Below are positions 39,607 through 49,953 of a DNA stretch of 64,000 nt, one piece after another (the stretch's first letter is position 1; the number at the start of each line of letters is the position of its first letter). The position numbers and the translations under genes were made by a program. Source of the stretch: Azolla caroliniana. Lineage: Eukaryota; Plantae; Polypodiophyta. The stretch covers positions 12,710,001 through 12,774,000 of the forward strand of contig JBHGNT010000016.1 in NCBI GenBank assembly GCA_043228905.1, in the 5' to 3' direction. The notes under the pieces are model-generated. The model saw nothing but the letters and a program-made list of their open reading frames with translations. It was not told the DNA's origin and ran no database searches.

Positions 39607-42600
39607 ATAAATTGGACGGAATGACGGACATTCTGACTTTTAACCCTCGCATAGGCTGAACCATTGTCCAACACTTTCGTCTCCATTCTAGCCGCCGTGA
39701 TGTATGGTTCGCCAAGGATGACCGGGTGGGAGGATATCTCTTGCACGAAAAAGTGTTGGTTTATATCGATGTCTCCGACACTCACCCTGACATTTGGGCA
39801 AGCCCCATGTAGTTCTTCCGTGGCTCTTGTAGCCGCGCGTATCTTCCACCCGTGTTTGGTGTTGATTGGCCAATTTCCCTTTTTGTAGAAGTCCATGGAC
39901 ATCAGATTAATTTCCGACCCGTGTTCGATTAATGCCACCACTGGTTCCTTCACGTCCTCGATACGAACGGGGGTCTCTGTAGTCGCTCTTGCCTAGTGTG
40001 GCCTGGCATAGTGGCTCTCCACAAGCTCTTTTTCCACGGCCATCTCGTCGAGGAGTGCCGCCCTTACCTCCACCGGCCTTTCGAGCGCTGGTCCCGTCGC
40101 GAGACGCTTTCTCTTCACGAGGTCCACGAAGTAGTCAGGGAATTCCTGTCTCGCTATGCCAAGCACTTCCCTAAGTGTGAGTTCTATGTGACTGTCGAGA
40201 ACTCGCTCCCTCTAGAACCTTCTGTGGATTCATTGTTTTCTCGATTTCTGAGCTTAAACGGAAGCTTGGAACCCTGCCCTTCTCCTTCTCCTGGGACCCG
40301 GTTGGAGTGACATCATGCCTTTTTGGCGTGCTTCGGGTGTCATACCTCCCCGAAGGGCCCGCTCCCCCTGTTTTCCCTGCTCGCCTTTCGTCGATCAAGG
40401 CCTCGTAGTTCTTGCACCCGGCCTCCACAAAGCCAGTGCTCTCCTCAACGGGGTCACTCCAGCCGGTAACTTCCAACACACGCTCGTCCGCGCGCTCTGC
40501 TTCTCCCTTCTGCAGCCTTCCTCCGGACAAGGTCTCGAGAATAACTGGCCAGAACCCAGGGTTTGAATCGGGTTTGGCCGTCCTTTCGCCTACGTGGATT
40601 CCAGCCGAAACCGAGTAGTGGACGGCTTCGACGTGCTATGCCGCTGCCTTTTCCATTAGCCTCTTCATTCCACCTCGTCTGAAATTCGAGTCAAGAAATC
40701 TTTGTGTGTCGCTCGCATGTATCCTGCCATTCGAAAGATAAACTACATTACTTCTGAGCGCTTCACCGAGGTCAGCGCAATCTCTCCGAGAATGTCCGGT
40801 AGCGTTGCACCATATGCACCACTGATTTGCCGGCGGGCGTCGGTCGCGCGGTTGACCCTCGTTGCTCCGCTGAGCCTGGGCGATCTGGAGGTCGTGCACC
40901 ATCCTTGTTAGTTCTTCGAGTCCTGCACCGCCTGCAGCCCCCGCGACTACGTTTGCTGGGGGTGGGCCTAGCTCGAGCCACCTCCTCGTTTGCTGGGGCC
41001 GGGGGTTTGGACAGCTGGTTCAGCCGGCGAGGACCCCCTTTCCTTCTAATCTCAGCGTTTGTCAATCCTGCTGCATACTTCTTTGACGGTCTCCTAGTTA
41101 GTCGTGAGACCGCCGCTGGTTTCCAGAAGAAGACCCACACTTTCCCGGACGCACGAGTCGAATGACATAACGAAAAATAGGACTTGGCTCATTTCGAGCA
41201 TGGTTCGGTCCAATCTAGAGAGCTGCGCGAAGCGTGACTCGAACTCCTGGAGGAGCGTTGAAGCATTCTGACCCTTGTCGGGGCTGTTGACCTAATCCAT
41301 AAAGTCCTTTCTCGACAGTCGGAGCGAGTCATCGTAGCTGTATCTTTCGAGAACTTCCTCCGCGATTTCCGCCCAATCACAGCAACCCGCTTGTATTTTG
41401 ACCATCTCCAAATGGATGTGCAGTGTCACGACCCCCCGGGGAAACCCCGGTAGTCGTCTATCCTCGGGTATATTCCTCATCTGCATTTTAGATTTGTAGG
41501 CCTCTAAGTAACTCTTGGCGTCTTTCCCACTGAACCAGCCTATCTTGTTGACCGTTGCTTCTATGGCCCTGTCGAGGGCACTCGCGCCCTCGTGAGCGCT
41601 AACCAAGCGGTCTAACGCCAGCGCCATTACTTCTGCAAGTTCGCTCCCTCTCGGTTTCAGATTCCTTTGCCGCCGCTCTTCACGTTTGGTTCACCAAATA
41701 TGTCGAGGATATCCTCGCGGATGTGTAGAAGTTGGGTCTTGAACCAAGGAATCAAGAAATGAGGTAGAAGAGTCTATGGTTTACGTGAGCCTTGAGACCG
41801 TGGTTTAAACAGAGAAGGTTAGCGAAACAAGAGAGATAGTGTGAGAGGATCGTGTGTAGACACAGGTGCGGACAAAGATGCTAAGAGCTACTTGCGTTCT
41901 GCAGATAAGTTTTTATTAATCAATATATGCGCGTAGTGTTGTGGGTGATTACAACCGGATCAGTGCCGGTGGTCGAGCGTAGGCTCTATAGTAGTCAGAT
42001 ACAAAGTGGAGTAGGCACACAGAAGGTCGATCCCTGGTCGAGAGCACTCGGGCGTTTGACGCGAGCAGGGGGAGTGCCTTCCGATGATCTCTCGTAGGAC
42101 TCCTCGTCTAGTCTTTTTGTCTGTTCCTTTCTTTCCCTCTCGATTACTTCACCCCCAAAAATGATATCCCTGAAACAGTCAAAGGTCGCCCCTTTTATAG
42201 CACAAGGAGCGACCGTTACAAGGCATTCTTGACTTGTCGCTTTCCCTTCCTAGATTCTCCCCCTTGATTCGCTCTCCTCGTAACTCTCCCTACTTACGTG
42301 ATGTTTGAATCCCTATTAGTGCCTTAACTACCTAGTACACCTCCTTCTACCTATGCCTAGCACTTACACTATTTAATTACCTAGGGGTGTGCACTCGTGC
42401 ACACCAGTGCTCCCACGCGTTTCACCTTGTTTCTACCTATGGCCCGAAATCTTCACGACACCGTGGTCATGGTGGATGAGGCGAGTCGGCGCACAATGGA
42501 GGTGGCCGATAAGAGCAAGATGGAAGGCATGGTGGTAACGCCAAAATTAGTTATGGACCCTCTGGAAGCAGGGGGAGTCGAGGCGGCACCGGAAACTGGC

Positions 42601-43879
42601 AAGGAATGTTGGTACCGTGGCAAGAAAGGCCACAGGGAGAGCGAGTGCTGGAAGAAATGCACCGATCTGGAGAAAATCGCATCTGGATCCGGGCGGACCG
42701 AACAAGGAAATTGGCAACGATCGCAGTACGCCATGGGCTCCGAATGAGCCGAAAATGGATTGGGCCCAGCGTTAGTAATGAAGCACAAGGCCAATTCGAT
42801 GGCGGTGAACAGCTCGGAACCAAACGAGGTGTGGTATGTTGACTCCGGAGCATCAAATCATATGATGAGTCATGAGGAATGGTTCTCGTACTTGGAGAAA
42901 CTAGGAAAATAGGGAGTGGTCGAAATTGGAGATGACACTCCGCATACCATCGAACATGCCAGTGCAGTTCCCCTCCGCCACGTCAGGCAGAAAGGGAAAC
43001 TCATGAACGTGATACACTTCTCGACAATAATGAAGAACCTGGTGTCGGTCGGATAGATCGTCGACTAGGGGATACAAGTTGGATTCACGCATCTCGGTTA
43101 TTACATTGAAGAGGAGGGCAAAATCATTGCGCAAGGGCACCGAGAAGGGAGGTTGTTCATCCTGAATAGCAATTAAGTCGGAACCATTGTTGCGTAATTA
43201 CGCATACGTGTAAGGAACGAAGGCCTGACCGCAAGGGGTCCTGTACCGAGGAGTGTGATAATAGGGGAAAAGTTGAACAAAGAACAGGCAAGCGTTGGAT
43301 GCCAACAAGCACAGAGCTCGACCGGCTCGTTGAGATCAAATCGATGCAAGAGACAATTAGAAGAGAAAGAACCCTCAATCGATTAAGAATGGATTACAAC
43401 CGGCTTGCCAATAATTGAGCCACTACTCTACCAACAACACACGCACACACCAAGGATGAGTTACAACGTGGAGCCTCTGTCGGGATCACTCGATCTTCCC
43501 ACATGAACATAGGCGTCCGGCAAAACAACTCTTGCAAAGAACACCGATACAGAATGAGCGCTCAGTCCCTAGTCCGACAACACTCTGTTCTCCCAAAAGC
43601 GCGATCCCCCCTCTTAGCCCTCTCTGCCGACCTTTATAGTTCCTCGAAGGTGGATCCATCACATCCTGTAATTACATCATCTTTATTCTCTGCCGTTTCT
43701 TGAAAGCCTTGATCCATTTTCTCGCAACCGGTACCGTTATCTGCGTCCCGTCGAGCTCCGGGAAATGGTAGGTGGCATTATCGTTCGCGTTGGTCACCAT
43801 AAGGCCTGAACCACCTCCTCACGAACTTACGCGTTGCCTTGTGCTGATTGTTGAAGATTCTATCGTAAACCAGAACCAT

Positions 43880-46800
43880 GTCACCTCCCCCTATCTTCTT
43901 CGGTCTCAGCCAGTGTGTCCGGTCGAACCGGTTGAGCTTGCCGCTCAACACTCCCCCTCAAGCTCAACCTGAGGTGGGGTCGTAGTGTCGACCTCTGTGG
44001 CAGTCGGTTCTTCCAACCGACTTCTCTTGGCGTCACTCCGCCTTGCTCGCGCTCCTCGTCCGGTCCGGTCCCGTTTGCCGCGACCCCTTTGGTTCTGCGC
44101 GCCTCGACCCTCTCGGTCGGCATGTCTGCTCAATAGGCCCATCTCAGCACTCACGTTGCTGTGACTCCGGCGCTTGCCGATCCGTCGGTTCTCCCACGAT
44201 GGCATCGACTTCCGCTGTGTCCGTGTCCCCTTGGCCTTCAGTCGATCCGACTCATCTGGATCCATCTATTGATCTAAGTCAGCTATCTCCGACTCGTTCC
44301 AGCTCTTGTCCCAATCGGTACACTCTGATTCGACTTCCGGCTTCAGGCCTCTCACCACATCGGACCACTTCCTAGTCTTGGCCTTCTCCATGCTTCCCTC
44401 GGCTTCTTCAGCCGGTGAACCGAAATCGAATTCTTCATTCGACTCTGTATCATGGTCAGTACCGTCGTGATGACCTCTGCACAACATGCACTTCTCTTCC
44501 TGAGTGCATAACTCTTCTTCACAGCCGCTTGTTCCGACCTGTTCGGATGTGTCGACTTCCTTCATCTTCTTGTCTCCTCTTCTTCCGGCTCTCCTCTTAC
44601 CGACGGGTTCAACAGTTTTTTTTTGGCCTTTGCCCGTTTTGGTAGAGACTTTGCCCTTGCTTCTCCCCCTCAAGTGCAGCACGCCGAGATGCTGAATGCC
44701 AAGCATGTCGGTAAAGTGCTGCAACTTGTCCGATCTGAGCGGCTGGGTGAAGATGTCGGCAACTTGCCGATCCGTATGAACATACCGTAGGTCAACTTCA
44801 CCGCTCAGGACCCGCTCACGCACGAAGTGGTAGTGCACCTCGATGTGCTTTGTGCAAGCATGGAACACAAGGTTCTTGGCGAGTTGCAGGCTGCTCATGT
44901 TATCGCAGTAAATCGGGATTGGGGTCGGTACCTCAATCTGCAAGTCTCGCAGCAGTCGCTGAAGCCAGATGGCTTCACAAGTGGCAACGATAGCGGCCCG
45001 GTACTCAGCCTCAGTGCTTGACAAAGCCACTGTGGGCTGCTTCTTGCTGCTCCACGCAACGGCCGCGCTACCTATTGAGAACATGTATCCGGAAGTGGAG
45101 CGGCGATCAGACGCATCGCCGGCCCAGTCAGCATCTGTGTAACCGAAAAGCTCTTTGGGTATACCTCGCCGATATAGCAGACCCTGGTCCTTAGTGCCGT
45201 TGACATACCGTAATATTCGTTGCGCGCACTGAAGGTGCTCCATGGTCGGCTTCTGCATGAACTGACTTACCATGCCGACCGGATAGCTGATGTCGGGTCG
45301 GGTGATGGTCAAGTAGATCAGGCTTCCGACAACTTGTCAGAACCGTTTCTCATTGCAGGCCGGTCCGGAGTGGGGATGGAGCTTCTGGTTCCGGTCCAGG
45401 GGTGTGGAGACAGGTCGGCAATCCATCATGCCGAACTTATACAGCATATTCAAGACGTAATGTCGTTGTGAGAGCAATATGCCGTCGGGGGTCCGGATCA
45501 CTTCGATCCCAAGAAAATAATGAAGGTCCCCCAGGTCCTTCATTTCGAATGCGTCCGACAACTGGGACTTGACGCAGTTGATTTCGGGAAGACCCGGTCC
45601 GGTGATGACTAAATCATCCACATACAAGAGTATACATACCGGACTGTCAGAGCCTTGCCGGATGAACAACGAAGAGTCCGACTTAGAGACAGCAAACCCC
45701 AGCTTACGCAACCGGTGCGTGATCTTCGCGTTCTAGGCTCGGGGGGCTTGCTTCAAGCCGTAAAGCGACTTCTTCAGTCGGCATACCGCCGACTTGTTCA
45801 TCTCCGATTGAAATCCGGGGGGCTGAGTCATAAAGACTTCTTCTTCAAGCTCTCCTTGAAGGAAGGCGTTCTTCACATCCATCTGGTGAAGATGCCACCC
45901 CCTTGCCGCAACAACCGCCAGTACCACACGAACTGTCGTCATCTTCGCCACAGGAGCGAAGGTCTCGTCGTAGTTGATTCCGTGGGTCTGCGCGTATCCC
46001 TTCGCCACTAACCGGGCTTTGTACCGGTTAACAGAACCGTCGGCATTGTACTTGACCTTGTACACCCACTTGCATCCGATCGGTTTACAGTGAAGGGGAG
46101 GATCAACTAGGTCCCAAGTTTCGTTGGCATCGAGTGCCCACATTTCTTCATCCATAGCGGCACGCCAATTTGCGTCCTTTGCCGCTTCTGCGTAGCTCTC
46201 CGGCTCACGCAATTCTGTCACCTTAGTCATGTACGCATAATGATGCGCCATGTATTCATTGTACCCGTACCGCATGACGGGATCCTTCTGACGGGTTGAT
46301 CGGCGCAACGCACCGTCACCTGATTTGAGGCCCTTCTTGGCCAATTCGGTCTTCGTTGCCGAAGATCTGCCTTTCTCCTTTCCGGAGTCGGATACGCACC
46401 GATCCGACTCATCGTTGCCGGTTTCGAATTCCGGCATCTTCCTCTTCCCCTTCTCTTTGCGCGTGAACTGTTTCCTCGGTTCCTTGCGCGGGGAGAGCAC
46501 GGCAGAATCTCCACCACTTGCCGTCTCTTCATCCGACTGGTCCAACCGACTCAGTCGCTCGTTCGGTCCACTCAACCGTAACGATTCCGGACTCTCATCT
46601 TGAGTCCCGGCTTCATCATCCTCTACCAGGGTTGATTCAGGCTCACTGGCCTGATCTTCCGACACTGGGTCGGGATCAGAAGTCAGAGTCGGTACAGAGT
46701 ACCAGGATGCCGATTCATTGAACTGGACATCCCGGCTAACTCGGACTTCCTTTGTCCGGGGGTTATAGCACTTATACCCCTTTTGCTCTTGAGCATAGCT

Positions 46801-49106
46801 GACTAGGATGCATTTTTCTGATTTTGCATCTAGCTTTCTCCGCTTCTGATCCGGCACATGCACATACGCTATGCTGCCGAATATCCGAAGGTGTCTTAAG
46901 TTCGGCTTGCGCCCGAAATACAGCTCATGAGCTGACACCTTGTCACCAATGTGGTTTTGTATATAGACGGCCGTCTGAACCGCCTCCGCCTAGTAGAACC
47001 GGGGCATGCTCTTTTCCTCCAGCATTGCCCTTGCCGCTTCGACGAGTGTCCGGTTCTTCCTTTCGGCCACACCGTTTTGCTCCGGTGTGTATCTGCAGCT
47101 GAACTCTCGCCAAATTCCCTTCTGCTGCAGATAACTAGTGAATTGGCCGGAAAAATATTCCTTTTCGCCATCCGACCGAAGGCATTTGATCTTCCTCTCC
47201 GATTCCCGTTCCACCATCTTCTGGAGGCTCCGGAAATAGTCGAAGACTTCGCTCTTCCGCTCAATGAGGTAGATCCAAGTATGTCGAGTATAGTTGTCGA
47301 TGAAGGAGACGAAGTATCGGCTCCCGCCAAGGCTTACACTTTGTGCCGGTCCCCACACATCCGAATGGATGAGATCGAGCTTGTTACGACTCCGGTTCCG
47401 TTCGGTGGGGAATGGAAGCCGGTGTTGCTTCCCAAGTTGGTAGGCTTCACAGATTTCGGCTCTCCGGCCGCTGAACTTCGGCAAACTGAAAACGACTTGT
47501 TTCGTTTGCAGGTCTTGAAGCCTCCGGTAGTTGACATGGCCTATCCGCTTGTGCCACAGGTCGATGTCCGACTCGACCTTCTGTCGTTTCGCAAACAGAG
47601 CGGTGCCAAAGTCATTGGTGTCGAGGATAAACGTCCTCCCGTCTCTACGCCCTTGCGCAATGACTTCGCCCTCATCCTTAATGAAGCACCTGAGGTGCGT
47701 AAACCGCACCTGCATCCCCTGGTCGACAATCTGACCGACGAACACCAGGTTCTTCGTGATTGTCGGAACGTGTAATACGTTCATCAGCTTCCCTTTCTGT
47801 CCGACGTGGCTTAGAGGGACTTCTCCGACGTGCACGATTGGGTGAGGAGTGTCGTCTCTGATTTCGACTACTCCTGGTTGATCCGGTTTCTCCAGAAAGG
47901 AGAACCACTCTTTGTGGCTCGTCATGTGGTTCGACGCGCCGGAATCAACATACCACAGTTCCTCCGTTTTGGAAGTGTTCTTCTTCATTGAGTTTGCCTT
48001 GTGATTCATCACCAAGGTTGGCCCCTTACCGGCCTTTCCGGTTCCGAATCCTCCTGATCCGTTTGCGTAGTGCGAGTTTTGCCGGCCATGCTTACCGGTC
48101 TTGCTGGATCCAGATTTGTCCGAATCGGCACGCTTTCTCCAGCACTCACTTTCCCTGTGGCCTTTTTTGCCACAGTACAAGCATTCCGTAGCGGATTTGT
48201 CTTGCCGGCCTCCGGCACCGCCTTGACTCCCCCTGCTTGTGGAAGTCCCGGAACTGCTGTTGGCACGCTCATAGTGCCTCCGTTCCTGCTCTTGCCGGCC
48301 GCCTCCATTGCGTGCCTACCCACCTCTTCCACCACGCCCACGGAACCGATCCGTTCCCGTGTACAACATTCGGTTGTCCGGGGATGCACTGGTAGATGCA
48401 CCGGCGTGGTTCTCCTCTACAAGGAGCATCGACTGTAAGTCGAAGAATGAGGGGGTATTCTCCCTTGTACACACCGCAGTCTGGAACGCTCCGAACTTGG
48501 ATGCCAGGCCTCCGAGACATACCTGCAGCATCTCGTCTTCCTCTACGGTAACATTGATTGAGGCGAGCGAGTCGCAGATCTCCTTTATCCGGCCCATGTA
48601 GTCTCCCACGGACATGTTCTTCTGTCGAACATTGCTCAACTCCTGTCTGAGTTGCAGCTTTCGGGCAGTGGTGCTTGCGGCGAAAACCTTTTTCAGGTTC
48701 CCCCAAGCATCCTTCGGTGTCTTGGCGTCACGGATGTGGCTGAGCAGTTGATCGCCGACATTGGACGCGAAGTAGTACATCACCCTGCTTGCCGCCTGTT
48801 CCCATACCGGGAAGTCCTTGTGTGCCGTGTCTAGCGCCGCATTATTCGCTCCTTCGACATAACTCCAGTACCCGTGTCCAAGCAGGTACTGATGCATCTT
48901 GTAAGACCAGGATGCGTAGTTGCTCCTGTCGAGCTTCTCCACCGGGAGTGACGTAGCCATGCCTCTATCCATGTCTTCTACTGTGTCTGTTTTCGACCTG
49001 TTAGGGTTTTCTTCTCAAGAGTAAATGTCTGCAGCAGAGGTTCTCAACCCTCGCGCTCTGATACCATGTAAACGTAAGTGTTTGCGGAAGCGTAAAAACA
49101 GAGAAC

Positions 49107-49148
<42 letters not shown>

Positions 49149-49476
49149 AGAACGTAATTTCAAAATTATATCAAGACTCTGTATATACACTGTGCTAAGT
49201 AGCACTATTTATACAAGTCCTCTTGGGACTGACAGAAGTACCATGTACTTCAATGCTCACACGAGCATCTGACACTTACTACGAGACTATAGCTACCTAG
49301 TAGTCTATCCTGTACTAGGCTTCCGATTGGACTGCCGGTTATGGATTGCACCTGGCCTCCACTACTTGCCGGTTCGGTTGCTCACCGTCATACCGATCCG
49401 TTTCGCCCGATCCGTCTCGCTTACCGGCTCCGGCTTATTCAGCCGATCCGGCTCCGGTTGAGCTTGCCGCTCAATA
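43880..49476 (-). mobile_element. Ty1/copia element with 3' LTR truncated; polyprotein broken by point stops
   Basis: 5' LTR 49067-49476; PBS 49055-49066; ORFs 48316-48972 (gag), 46990-48180 (PR, INT), 45733-46938 and 45337-45711 (RT, YVDD), 44266-45312 (RH); PPT 43951-43962. Confidence 0.93.
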
Positions 49477-49900
49477 TTTGTTATTCGCTTAGCCGGACAA
49501 GGCCTAACACAAGGTGTCACAGAGACACTTCACCAAAGGGTGATTACGGCATAGGATTAAGATTCAACGATTACACCGACTTACGTAGGTTACACGATTA
49601 GATTGCTTTGGTTAATTACACGCGTAAGATACAACAGTAAATACAGAACGGAAATCAAGACAGAAGTATAAACATCATAAACTGTATTAATTATCCGCTG
49701 TCATTACAATGGGGTCCGGGCCTTTAAATAGGTTTCCGGCCCGTAGTACAAAACGGTGCCTCTTGCACCTATTCGGGATCCGTCCGGATCTGGAACGGCA
49801 TACCGTTTCCAGTCCGTCCGTCCACACTATGCTCATTTACAACCATATCTAATTAATTCCTTCACTCCGTATTTTGGACTCCTTGCCGGCCGGTAACACA

Positions 49901-49940
49901 TGGCACGCCCGTGGGACAGTACCTTGTACGTCGAACCCTT
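49901..49940 (-). promoter_or_regulatory. tRNA-Arg(UCU) 3'-half-like sequence at the PPT position (second PBS)
   Basis: - strand AAGGGTTCGA[CGTACAAGGTACT]GTCCCACGGGCGTGCCA-TG-LTR. Confidence 0.72.
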
Positions 49941-49953
49941 CTCGGCCCCTTCA

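Larger units (their letters stand above)
21750..42460 (-). mobile_element. Full-length degenerate tRNA-Trp-primed Ty3/gypsy element (family A-like) with nested insertions
   Basis: LTRs 21750-22520 and 41701-42460; TSD CCGT; degenerate PBS 41679-41696; gag-PR-RT about 41630-37160; RH-INT about 24350-22600. Confidence 0.92.
18700..43165 (+). mobile_element. Ty1/copia element, 3'-truncated and fragmented (18700-19506, 21541-21749, 42461-43165)
   Basis: LTR ending 19001; PBS TGGTATCAGAG at 19002; gag EKLNRSNYASWSYKMH; zinc knuckle GKKGHRESEC; protease WYVDSGASNHM; same family as 43880-49476; left boundary approximate. Confidence 0.85.

Noticed and set aside
43166-43880. Separate element between the two converging copia copies
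   Set aside because: Looks like an LTR fragment plus a Trp-gypsy integrase 3' fragment, but boundaries and TSD could not be resolved
49111-49147. (GA)n microsatellite
   Set aside because: Ordinary LTR-internal simple repeat
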